Assembly: GCA_030390025.1 (NCBI GenBank)
Contig: CM059432.1
Location: 21,764,001-21,828,000 of the forward strand
Direction: 5' to 3'
Length of the DNA: 64,000 bases
From: Squalus acanthias
Lineage: Eukaryota
The notes under the pieces are model-generated. The model was not told where the DNA came from. It saw only the letters and a list, made by a program, of their open reading frames with translations, and did no database searches. The position numbers and the translations under genes are program-made. Below, one piece after another: positions 10,828-21,970 of the stretch (position 1 is its first letter; each line of letters starts with the position of its first letter).

Positions 10828-11136
10828 TAGATAAAAGCAATCTGTTTCCAGTAGTTGTGGATTCAAGAAAGAGGGGGGCCATGGATACAAAATTAACTGT
10901 AAGAGATTTAGAGCAGAGGGCAGCAGAAACTTCCTTAAACAGAGGCTACAGAATTCACTTCCAGGGTTAGTGGTTGAGGATGAAACTATGTTAACAATCA
11001 AGATGAGATTGGTTAAGATGGATGAAGGAAAAGGGGTTGAGGGATATGGGAATATGGTGGGTAAACGTGATTAGAACTATTTACTCGCATGGAGGGTAAA
11101 CGCTGACATGGACTGGTTGGGTCGAATGGCTTGTTT

Positions 11137-13118
11137 TTTAAAAATTCATTCCTGGAATGTAGGCGTTGCTGGCAAGGGCAGCATTTATTGCCCATTCCTA
11201 ATTGCCCTTGAGAAGGTGGTGATGAGCCGCCTTCTTGAACCACTGCAGTCCGTGTGGTGAAGGTAATCCCACAGTGCTGTTAGGGAGAGAGTTCCAGAAT
11301 TATGACCCAGCAACGATGAAGGAACAGCGATATATTTCCAAGTCAGGATGGTATCTCAGGAGGGAAAGTTGGAGGTGATGCTGTTCCCTTGCGCCTGCTG
11401 CCCTTGTTCTTCTAGGCGGTAGAGGTCGCGGGTTTGGGAGGTGCTGTCGAAGAAGCCTTAGCGTGTTGCTGCAGTGCATCTTGTAGGTGGTACACACTGC
11501 AGACATGGTGCACTGGTGGTGGGGGAATGAATGTTTAAGGTGGTAGATGGGGTGCCAATCATGCCGGCTGCTTTGTCCTGGTTGGTGACGAGCTTCTTGA
11601 GTGTTGTTGGAGCTGCACTCGTCCAGGCAAGTGGAGGGTATTCCATCACACTCCTGATTTGTGGCTTGTAGATGGTGGAAAGGCTTTGGGGAGTCAGGAG
11701 GTGAGACGCTCACCACAGAATACCCTAGCTTCTGACCTGCTCTTGAAGCCACAGTATTTATGTGGCTGGTCCAGTTAAGTTTCTGGTCAATGGTTAGCCC
11801 TGTTAGAAATAGCCAAGTTACGGCTATCTCTGGTCACCTTAAATAATCAGGTTCAAGTGCAAACCAATATGGTGGGTATATTGTGTTTAATCAGAGTTTA
11901 AGACGGAATATAACACATTAGTTATACAGCAAAAACATACGACCTTGACAAGAAGCTGATACCTATCCGATTGGGCAGACGGTTGACACACGTAACCAAT
12001 TCTCTTCTTCCTTCCATCTGTGAGTACAAGCTTTCTCGGGAGGTCACTTTTATTCTACTTTTAGGGGTGGGCCTGAACCTGGATATTGACAAGACCTTTT
12101 GACCTATAGAAGTTCCCCTAAAACCTTAATATCCAATGGGACTTCTAGTTCTTTGTCTCAATTCTTGTGTCAAAACCCGCCCTAAAGATGTCTTACGATT
12201 TTGGCCACATGTCTTTCTCTGTTTATATTTTCCCAGGGTTTCCTTCCTGTGGAATTTGTGTCTTATCTCTTTCATCCGTATCCTTCTTTGATCTCAAGAG
12301 GCCCAACTAGAAACCTGTTCACTTCAGAGTGTTACCTCCTTTATGACGTAGCAAATGTTTACGCTAACTTCCCCAAACTTCCTTCCATTATATTTGCAAG
12401 CAGTTCTGTTAAACTAACTTCAAATCCTACCTTAGCATTATACATAAAATACATAAACAAGGTTCAAGTCTTAACTTAAAAACAACAGATAATCGCTTAG
12501 CAACAGGGAGATTGCCCTCTGTAGAAACCAAAACATTAGCACTTCTAAGCATTTATCTGTCCCAAGGAGACTTTCTGCAATTCGAACATAACCATTTAAA
12601 CACAACATTTTTCGCATCACAGTTTTAATCGCATAACCATATCCATTTTTAGGCATCTTTAGTTTCTAACACCCCCAGGATGTTGATGGTGAGGGATTCA
12701 GCGATGGTAATGCTGTTGAATGTCAAGGGGCGATGGTTAGACTCTCGCTTGTTGGAGATAGTCATTGCCTGGCACTTGTGTGGTACGAATGTCACTTGCC
12801 ACTTATCAGCCCAAGCCTGAATGTTGTCCAGGTCTTGCTGCATGTGCGCACGGACTGCTTCAATATCTGAGGAGTTGAGAATGGAACTGAACACTGTGCA
12901 GTCATCAGCGAACATCCCCACTTCTGACCTTATGATAGAGGGAAGGTCATTGATGAAGCAACTGAAGATGGTTGGGCCTAGGACTCTGCCCTGAGGAACT
13001 CCTGCAGTGATGTCCTGGGGCTGAGATGATTGGCCTCCAATAACCACAACCATCTTCATTTGTACTAGGTATGACTCCAGCCAGTGGCGAGTTTTCCCCC
13101 GATTCCCATTGACTTCAA
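11137..13118 (-). mobile_element. Family-B LINE, split by a solo LTR
   Basis: PQGRVLGPTIFSCFINDL..FADD in ORF 12649-13128; collinear with 955-1930; short TTGTTT duplication at the flanks. Confidence 0.9.
11801..12671 (-). mobile_element. Solo LTR (871 bp)
   Basis: TGTTAGAAA...TTTCTAACA inverted termini; cleanly interrupts the family-B LINE (flanks GCCC/CCCC); AATAAA on the minus strand near 12050. Orientation is tentative. Confidence 0.8.
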
Positions 13119-13462
13119 TTGTTTCCATGTTGTAACTTCTATATATTTCTATGAGTGTAAATGACTGCTGAAAGAGATAAGGAATAAGATAAATTTAGCA
13201 TTGCAAAGGAAAATAAGACTATTTATTTTTCTGCAGATTCATATTTGCACCTTGAGCTTCCTTTCCCTTCATTTTTACCTGTCACTTCTTAGGACCATGT
13301 CCTTTCAGCCTTGGATAAGATTACTAATTGGTTGAGATGCCTTTTGAGCCTTTTCAAAGTTTTGCATACTTTTGTCCCTCTTTTAAATTTAACACAATTT
13401 TCTGTTCCCTCCATCTGCCTAAATCTGGACCTTGACATGCACAAATGAGGTAACCTTCAAAA

Positions 13463-14575
13463 GTGTCAACTGTGGCTCAGTTGGTAGCACTCTCGTCTCT
13501 GAGTCAGAAGGTCATAGGTTCCAAGTCCCACTCCAGAGACTTAGGGGGAGAAATTCATTATAGCCCCGTTTGGGGTGCTAACTTTTAAAAGTTGAAAAAA
13601 TTAGTGCCAGGCGCTAATGTTTTTCAACTTTAAAAAAATTTGGTTTTGCGCTCTAGGAAGGAAGTGGAGCGCTAAATCAAGCACTCCACTTCCTTCCTGG
13701 AGCGCAACAGGCAGCAGGCTTATTATCAAGTAATGACCAGGTAGGTGAGCAGCGCTGTACAATGGGTCGTGCAGCGCTACCGTGTTGGAAGGCTCCTTCC
13801 CTCCCTTAAAGGGAAGGGACACCTGTGCTGCAGGCTCTGCAGGGGAAAAACTTACCTGGTCCCCGACGGCAACTGCGATCTGGCCCGATCAACCCAATGT
13901 ACTGCAGCAGAGTGCTGGGCTGATCGATCGCTGGCGAAGGCAAATGAAAAAATAACAGAAAGAGCATTTGAGAATTTCTTCCACTTAGCTCGGGCAGCTC
14001 GCCTTTAAGCACCGCCCCCAAACCGCCCGGCCTCCTGATCAACGCCTCCTGCAGTGTTTCCGCCCGGCGATGCTGCAGGGGGCGGAACCGAAGTTCGGGT
14101 CCGGGGCGCTGCACATGGCGATGAGGTCACGATCTCTGGGCGAAGGAGATCGGGGCACAATGCCATACCGCCGCCGCCGCAAACCTCCCTCCGAATATAG
14201 CGGGAGTTGATCTTCTCGCCGCGCCCGGTCGGTAAGTGATTAGCGCCCCATTACCACCCCCCGGAGGCGATAACGGGAGGCGCTAAGGTGCCCAATTTCT
14301 AGCCCTCAATGTTAAACCAAGGCCCCGTCTGCTCTCTCAGGTGGATATAAAAGATCCCATGACACTATTTCAAAGAAGAGCAGGGGAGATATCCCCGGTG
14401 TCCTGGTCATTATCTGATATCTGGTTATTATCACATTGCTGTTTGTGTGACCTTGCTGTGCAAATTGGCTGCCACATTACAATAGTGACTACACTTCAAA
14501 AGTACTTCATTGGCTATAAAGTGCTTTGGAATGTGCTGAGGTTGTGAAAGGCACTATTTAAACCTTTCTTTTTTC
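13463..14575 (+). mobile_element. tRNA-derived Deu-domain SINE (SacSINE1-like), split by a MITE
   Basis: A box TGGCTCAGTTGG, B-box-like GGTTCCAAGTCC, Deu-like core taaaagatcccatg..ccccggtgtcctgg. About 80 bp of SINE is missing at the MITE junction. Confidence 0.8.
13544..14305 (-). mobile_element. Harbinger-type MITE
   Basis: GGGGGAGAAATT / AATTTCTAGCCC termini; the left end aligns with the end of the 742-3200 element; multiple TAGCGCC-like motifs; TSD imperfect (TTA/TCA). Confidence 0.8.
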
Positions 14576-14756
14576 TTTTAAAAAATTGAATCTAAATAGC
14601 ACAGTTCCATTTGAGTCTGTCTAAATCCTGCCAATAAACCGAATACCTATAAGATTAGTACAATAGCAAAATATTGCGGATGCTGGAAATCTGAAATAAC
14701 AACAGAAAATGCTGGAAACACTCAGCAGGCCAGGCAGCATCCGTGGAGAGAGAAAC

Positions 14757-14797
14757 AGAGTTAACGTTTCAGATCTGGGACCTTTCATCAGAACTGG
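14757..14797 (-). ncRNA. Minimal type I hammerhead ribozyme motif (PLE-associated)
   Basis: Minus strand: AGTT CTGATGA A AGGTC CCA GATCT GAAA CGTT AACT. Core boxes, stem II, a 4-bp stem I and palindromic AACGTT in place of stem III. Confidence 0.7.
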
Positions 14798-14945
14798 AAA
14801 AAGCTGGAGATGTAACAGAGTTTAAGCAGGGAGGGGGGGTGGTGGTGGGTGGGAGGGGAGGAAGGAACTGAAGGAACATTCTGTGCTAAGGTAGGAGGCA
14901 GGAAAGATAAAATGTTGCAAATGGGGATGGCAAAATCATACAGCC

Positions 14946-16419
14946 TGAAGAATGGGGGTGTAAGATTCTCAAAATTCACAGATCCCCCAAAACTCAGAGA
15001 AAAACCCTAAAGAAAAGGACTTTGGACTCTTTTCTAACCACTTCAGGGTGATAAAATGTATTGGGCCTAACAGAGGGAGATTCAAGGTCAAAAACCAAGA
15101 TTTGGTATTTTAAAAAGGCATGTTTGGGCTTGTAAAGGAAAAGGCTGCAACAGGAGATGGGCTCAACCTCTGTAATAGACGGTTTGAGTATTGGAGTTAA
15201 TCAAACTGTCTGGGGAACTGTTTAACATCACTCAGCCCCTATCAGACAATTTACATTCTAACAATAGACCCACGGAAGAGCAGTCCCCACCCAAATTACA
15301 GGACCCATCCAAAACCTGCATAAAACAAATCACCTCTCCCCACTCCATAGAAATCTCAGGCCCAGTCAGGAAACTCGAAACCTGAGCACAATGACTACAA
15401 TCAAGTAAGAGCTCAACAGCTCATGGAACCCTCCCGAAACCACTTCACACATTCATAAACAAGTTACTTTTAACGAGCCCGCCAAAATCTTACAATAAAC
15501 CGGGACTGATTTGGCGTGCAGATTAGGAGGCCCCAATTAGTATAATTGAGGGCCTGTTTTCTCAAGAAGACAGTTCAGCAGTTACACAGTTACAACAAGT
15601 TCTCTACAAGCTCTACAGTTCTCGGCAGTTCTCAGGAGTTCATCTAGTTCGAAGAAGTTCACAGTTCTAGAAGCAGGTCAACACACAAGAAGAGACCAGA
15701 GCAACAGTTCCAGTGACCATCAGACACCTCACGGCAACAAGGGGCTTACGAAACAACCAACCGAATATTACCACCAACCAACCGGGTAATATTGGGCCAC
15801 CGCGACCAAAGAAAACCAACTCGGGAGAAAACCGAAGATTCACAAGTTTTCCACTCTGCAATCTATTCCTGACTTACCCCTGGGTAAGATTTTTACTTAA
15901 AAAGACTCTAAACCCTATCTCTAACAGAAGAAAAGTGGGTACTCACCCGATAAATCCAATAGGCACCCTACCACATCAGCGGACTCGCGAAGACTGACCA
16001 GACACGCAGTCGAATCCTCTACCGCGTCCGGGGTACGGCAGGCACCAACCAACACATCCAGCGAACCCCGAAACCGCGAACCAGCTCGACAGTCAAGGAT
16101 TCGTTTGGTGAGCATTATCCCTGGTCCTCTAGAGCCCAACTTAGCTCGTAAAGTGGGATTGGGAGGGGTGAGGTATTTTTCTACTGTAATTTCCCTCGTG
16201 TGTATCAAAGTGTTCCCCATTTTATTAGAGTGTTAAGATTGTTGTGTTATATTTTCTCTCTTGAATAAAGATCAAAGTTTCTTGCACCAAAACCAGTTGT
16301 CTGCTGCATTTTTTGTCACAACCCCCAAATAAGTCCAAGGTCTAGAACCAAGGGAGTGGGAGCGATTCGAACTGCTCATAAGTCAGAGGTGAAGCTGACA
16401 CACACCTCCACCCCCTACA
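14946..16419 (+). mobile_element. Probable solo LTR (~1.47 kb)
   Basis: TG...CA with loosely inverted termini, TATAA at 15541, AATAAA at ~16264, 3' motif shared with the LTR at 23661-25048. No clear TSD. Confidence 0.6.
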
Positions 16420-18395
16420 GGGGCAGGGGTTAGAGTCTGAAGATTAAGTTCAATACTTATCCCTCAACATTTATTCACTACTCTCCTGCTCTTTGGAATT
16501 TCAACCCAGCTCCCTCTGCCTTGTCAGAGCTTTCCTGTTTTCAGAAACTTCCTCAAAAATCCTCCTCTTTGCCTGTGATTTATGCTCCTAAACCTAGCCT
16601 CTTGATTTCTCTTGCTTTTCCTAAAATTACAATAAGAATGAAATAAATAAAAACATGACAAGTGCTATAAAGTGGAGAACATCCTCAATAAGCTAGTGCC
16701 CACTGCTTCAAAGAAAACAAACATTTGATTTTTGAATACTGATAAAACATTTGTGCATCTTGGGTTTTATTTACCGGGTAAACTGATTGAAGAGCACATT
16801 CACTTTTGCCCACACTATGCTTGTCAACCACATGGTTGGCTGGAGATTCAATCTATTCAGATCTAATGCCATTATCATTGAATTGTGCAGAAAGTGCCTC
16901 TGTTACGTTAGTTATTCAAATTCTATTTGTGATAAATATGGAATGGTATTTGAATTATCAAGTAATGACCAAATCCTTTATCATGACAGATGCTAAAGAA
17001 TGCACAAATGAAATGCACTCCGTGATGGAAACAGAGTACATGATTTTGCAACCAAGACAACATTGTTTGAAAGCAGTTGAAAGGAGAAGCAATAGTGAAG
17101 AGAATGGGAAAAAAACTGATAAAAATATAACCATTTTAATTTAATCCTATTATTCTTTCATTTAGTTAGTGAGTGTGAAATGAGAAAGATATGAGAAAAA
17201 AGGGCAGCTCACTCGTTCTCAAGTGCCGTTGTTTAATTTTGATGTATTGTTCAATTGTAATGGGAAAATAATAAAGCCAAGTGCAGCAGTGCCCTAAATG
17301 TTAATGTGCCCTTTCACGTTTGAAAGGGAATAAAATCAGTCCACTTTATTTGTATAATCAGGCAGTGCACTTTCATACAGCGGCATTTTACCCTTTATCT
17401 CTGGGTTGGTTTTGAAGATATGGTGGCTCTTAACAGCATGATGCAGTTGATGCTAATGGCAGGTGTTTGAACACAATAGAGGGCCCTTGAGACAGGTGCA
17501 TGAGGTACAGTAGACTTTCCCTAGGCTGCATATTAAGTATTAGGGCTTCAAGTCTTCGTCCCTAAGCTGCCAGCATGATTTTTAAATTGTGAACATAAAA
17601 CAGCTTAACCTTTTTTGAAATTAACATATATCTCTGATTCATACTTTTACCTTTCCTTCCATAGGTGTTTCTTTTGCAGCTGCGAACAATGTATTCTTTG
17701 GAGCTGATCAAAGCAGAATGCTGTAATACCGAATAAAATTCAGAACACTGCTGTTAAAAGCTGTCAAAACGGAACCCCCCATCCTCTGCCACTCACAAAT
17801 AAATTAGATACACTGAACATCTTTTGCAAATGGTTCCACGTCTAATGTATGTTATTTTCCCATTGTAATATCCTGTAGAGATGGTTTCTTCTGAAATCCA
17901 ACACCATTGAAGGCAGACAAAGCTCTTCACAATATTTCAATTTGTAATCTGTTGCCTTATTTACTGTACAGGCCTGCTTCCAAAAAAACAGCTCATTACC
18001 ATCAGTGTTTTTGTCCATCTTCTACTAAAACTGACAAGCAAAATGTACTGGGCGCTTTTTTCCAAGTAAAAAGGCCTGCATTTTGAGAGATACCCTTCTC
18101 TCCTCAATGCGCCAAGCAGAGATCTATCAGCTCTCGCTGCAAAAGGAGAAGATGGCAATTCTTAAATGCAAATACATGTCCTGCTTGCAAGTGTTCGTCT
18201 ATCTAGAAAGAGAAAGAAAGAACTTACATGACCTCAGGACGTTCCGAAGTTCTTCACAGACAATGAAGTACTTTTTGTAGTGTAGTCACTGTTGTAATGT
18301 AGGAAACACAGCAGCATAATATGCGTAAAGCATGGTCCCACAAACAGCAATGAGATAATAACCAGATAATCTGTTTTAGTGATGTTGGTTGAGGG

Positions 18396-19275
18396 TATGA
18401 GAAAGGAATCCAGTACCTTTATCCAGCATGCTTTGGGAAAATAGGTCAAGTTGGACAGCAAAGGCTCATGGGGGTGGTGATGACTGAAAAGTACTAACGC
18501 AAGAGCTGGAAAGCTGCGATTGCAGCAAATTAAAGGGAAAAGGGAAGTTTTAGCGTGTGAGCTGCTTCAAGGTCTGCTCAGTAGGTTAAACATCTTGTGA
18601 AGGCCTTGGGATTGTAAGCATCCCTTATCCTGGTGGGTGAGACTCTGTGTATAGAATGTCCGAGATAAGATAAGAATTAGGACTAACATCTCTCTCACAT
18701 AGAATAGTACTGTTGGTGGCTGCATGGGGTCTGGATAATTGTGCAAGCCATGCAGAAAAACCCAATACAGGAAACTCTTTATTAACCGGCACCGACGGGA
18801 CCATACACGGGAGCCCCGTACACGGCCACAGATCCAGGAGTCCCTGGTGCACGGCCACAGGTGCAGGAACCCCGGTTACACGGCCACAGATCCAGGAACC
18901 CCGGTTACACGGCCACTAATATATAGTAAAACTTACCTGAACCTACTCCTGAATTTTGCTGGTTAAGAGAGATTTCCGGATATTTAGGTGTCGGTTAAAA
19001 GAGAGTTTCCTGTATAAGGAAAGCCGAGCCCTCAGTTGGGTCGAGCTCTTGGGGTGATTCGTGCTGCCGCTGTGATTGGTAGGAGGAAGATTAATCACCT
19101 TTGCGTCTTAGGCACAGATGTTGAGGTTGTAACATTTATGTTTTAGTGTATTGCTTGTAATTGGTAGGAACATTTATGTTTAAGTAGGTCAATAAAACTA
19201 TCTCTATTGAGTCCAGTGACAGAACTCTTTATTTAATCGATACCGAGTGGGCAAGTAAGATGACACCACCCCACA
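18396..19275 (+). mobile_element. Solo LTR with 5-bp TSD
   Basis: GAGGG duplicated at 18391-18395 and 19276-19280; ends CCCCACA and begins TATGAG (TG probably mutated); AATAAA at 19191. Confidence 0.7.
18768..19012. mobile_element. Tc1/mariner-type (pogo/Tigger-like) MITE with an internal ~29-bp tandem repeat
   Basis: TIR CAGGAAACTCTTTATTAACCGGCACC versus the right-end reverse complement CAGGAAACTCTCTTTTAACCGACACC; TA on both flanks; ACGGCCAC-containing unit about 4 times at 18820-18917. Confidence 0.85.
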
Positions 19276-19871
19276 GAGGGATAAATGTTAGCCATGACAC
19301 CGGGAGACCTCCCCTGCACTTCTTCAAAAAGTGCCATCTTTTACATCTACCTGAGGGGGCAGATGGGGCCTGGGTTTAACATCTCTTCTGAAAGACGGCA
19401 CCTTTGAGAGTGCAGCACTCCCTCAGCACTGCATTGAAGTGTCAGCCTAGAATATGTAGTTACGTTTCTGGACTAAGGCTCGAACCCACCATTTATCTAA
19501 CCCAGAGGTGAGAGTGCTACTGCTGAAACACGGTTGACACTCAGACCAATTATGTTTTTAAAGGTACTTCAGCAATCATCATTTCTTTATTTTCTGCAAA
19601 CATAAATGCAATTTGTGATCAGATCATGAAATGTAGGATTGTTAAAGAGGCAACTTGTATACATTTTTGTTGTTCTTCTCACTTCCTATGGAGGCCAACC
19701 AGATTGAGACACTGCGCATATCTGGAGCCACTCTGATGACATAAATTAACAGGATGGCCCACCGGCCTCCGAGAACTGCTCAACTCATTCACATGTCGAC
19801 ACTTCAGACCAGCCTTGGGGGCTGATCTAGAAATGTGTGAGCCAGGTAAAGCTGCCGAAATGAAAGACCTT

Positions 19872-20678
19872 GGGGGGAAAAATTCGGTTGGTTAGCGCCT
19901 CCCGTTATCACCTCCGGGGGGGGCGCTAACGGGGCGCTAGGAACTTAGCGCCCGAGCATGGCGATTTTAGCGCCGCTTGCGAAATTGACCAGTCGTTTTG
20001 TGGCGACGCTAAACACTACCGCCACGATCTCCTGCGCCCGCAGATCGTGACGTCAGTCAAGCATGCAACGCCCCGGTAGTGCCCCGGACCAGATATTGAC
20101 TCGCGTCCCCTGCCTTAGCGCCTGTCGCTAGGAACGACAGGTAGAGGGGAATGTTTTCAAGTCGGGAAGGGGCTGGGGGAGCGCTATTTAAAGGCGGGCG
20201 CTTCCTGCCTTTTCTTGTCGGCAAAATTTTTGGTTTTAACGCTGTCCTAAGGTGTTTTGGCCCTCAGCACCACTTTTGTGGTTCCTAAGCGCCGAGCTCT
20301 TTCCCTGGGCCTATCCATTAGTGCTTCCAACACAATTGCTTTTGTAGTCTCTCCAGGCTGAGATTCAAGGCTGCAATGTGCAGGGTGTGGCTGGTCAGCA
20401 AGATGGCCCTTCCCCTTTAAGAACTGGACGGCGCCAGTCTGTCTGGCTTCCATGGTAATTGGCATTGCCTGAGCTTTGGTAGCGTTCTGAGGTAGCGCCT
20501 CGCTCCCTGATGTTTGCGCCTTAAGAGAGGTGCGTAGCACCTGATTTAGCGCTCAAATCACCTCCAGGGGCGATAGAGGCGAATTTTGAAGTCGGAGGCG
20601 ATAATTAGCGCCGGGCGCTAAACTTTGTGCCCGGCCGATATTAGCGCTCCAAAATGGGCGCTACCGAATTTTTCCCCC
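19872..20678 (+). mobile_element. Non-autonomous Harbinger deletion derivative
   Basis: GGGGGGAAAAATT / AATTTTTCCCCC termini, CTT/CTT flanks. Both arms align with the ends of 5905-10249, and it retains the Myb start (MDRPRERARR) on the minus strand. Confidence 0.9.
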
Positions 20679-21244
20679 CTTACATTTGTATAGCACCTTA
20701 TTACACCATTAAGCCATCCCAAAATACATCACATCCAATGAGTTTTGAAGTGTACTCACTGTTGTTATGTAGACAAACTGGTTCAAGCTCATTAGGTAAT
20801 TGTTTCAAGCAAATATCCATAAAGTCAGGGAGAAGAAAGAAATACTTGCATTTATATAGCACCTTAACATGTTGAAACTTCTCACAATGAATTACTGTTG
20901 GAGTGTGGTGACTGTTGCTCATTGAAAAGGTAATTTTGGTTATCGAAAGTCATTGCTCTCATATCCTATCTTACAAAATGATTAAATAGAAGATTTCACT
21001 TCATTTTGAATCCTCTCACAGGTGCGATAAAATTTATTAAATGAGAGAGTCCAAAAGATATTCAGAAAGATAAGCGAAAGAAAACGATCACAATGACTGA
21101 GTGCCAAAGTATGACAGCGTGCCGTACGACAATGCGATGTTTATTTCCTGCTTTTCTGCTGAGTTCCCAATGTTAGCTGTTCCGCCGTTTGCCGGTTGCA
21201 ATGTGAAACCTAACTGCTTCCCTAAAGGGGTGGGGAAATTTGGA

Positions 21245-21410
21245 GAAGGAAGCTTAGGAAATTTCAAGCGGTTATTGGATAAGCACATGGAGCACACCAG
21301 AGTGATAGGGAGTGTGATAGCTTGATCTTGGTCTCGGACAATGCTCGGCACAACATCGAGGGCCGAAGGGCCTGTACTGTGCTGTACTGTTCTATGTTCT
21401 ATGTTCTATG
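21245..21410 (+). mobile_element. CR1 3' tail
   Basis: FKRLLDKHM..gggccgaagggcctgtactgtgctgtactg followed by (TTCTATG)n. Confidence 0.8.
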
Positions 21411-21634
21411 AAGCGCCAAGAGCTCAGCCTCACGTGCTTGCTGGTGAGTAGCACACGGTGGCCTTGGCAGCGAGCTGGGACCAGGCTGCCCAGTCCTGCC
21501 CTCTTGTCCCACAAGTGGTGCTTAGCCCGAGGAAATCAGTGAGGAGAGAAAAATGGAAGAAAAAGAGGGTGTGTCTCCGACTAAAAAATAAAATGACGTT
21601 TTATTCCTAGCTGTCCTTTACTGTAGCGTCATAG

Positions 21635-21970
21635 GCCGTCCTCAAAGCCTCCTTGGAAAAAATGTAACATCCTCATCGACTCTTGGGAATCCCTGGCCCA
21701 AGACCGCTCAAATTGGAGGAGAAGCACGCGAGAAGGCGCCGAACACTTTGAGTTTCTTCGTCGGGAGCACACGGAGGCCGAAGTACAAATAGCGGAAGGA
21801 GCGTATGACGAACCAAGCACTCCCTCCACTCGTCCCTTCAACCACTACCTGCCCCACCTGTGGCAGAGTCTGTAGATCCTGCATAGGACTCATTAGTCAC
21901 CTTAGAACCACAATATTGGAGTGGAAGTCATCCTTGACTCCGGGGGACTGCCTAAGAAGAAGGAAGAAGA
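21635..21970 (+). mobile_element. RTE-clade LINE 3' end
   Basis: LKASLEKCNI..SWESLAQDRSNWR and a C2H2-like CPTCGRVCRSCIGLISHLR; (AAG)n-like tail; ATAGG on both flanks. Confidence 0.85.

Larger units (their letters stand above)
400..13155 (+). mobile_element. Old CR1 3' fragment split into about six pieces by nested insertions
   Basis: Collinear CR1 pieces: ..GILGFISRG (to 741), DYKNHDIMMNLYKTLIRSQLKYCMQYW..LEKLGLFLLEQ (3201-3405), GNLTE (5886-5904), VFKVIKKWHRVDES (10250-10296), NLFPVVVDSR.. plus 3' UTR (10828-11136), ttctat tail (13119-13155). The 5' limit is approximate. Confidence 0.75.
14665..16460 (-). mobile_element. Penelope pseudo-LTR fragment, interrupted by an LTR at 14946-16419
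   Basis: Reverse complement of the pLTR seen at 10590-10827 and 58950-59039. A short continuation resembling the end of the ORF lies at 16420-16460. Confidence 0.75.
18205..19540 (-). mobile_element. Deu-domain SINE split by a solo LTR
   Basis: Reverse complement of the SINE at 42698-43150; the halves rejoin at GAGGG. Confidence 0.8.
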
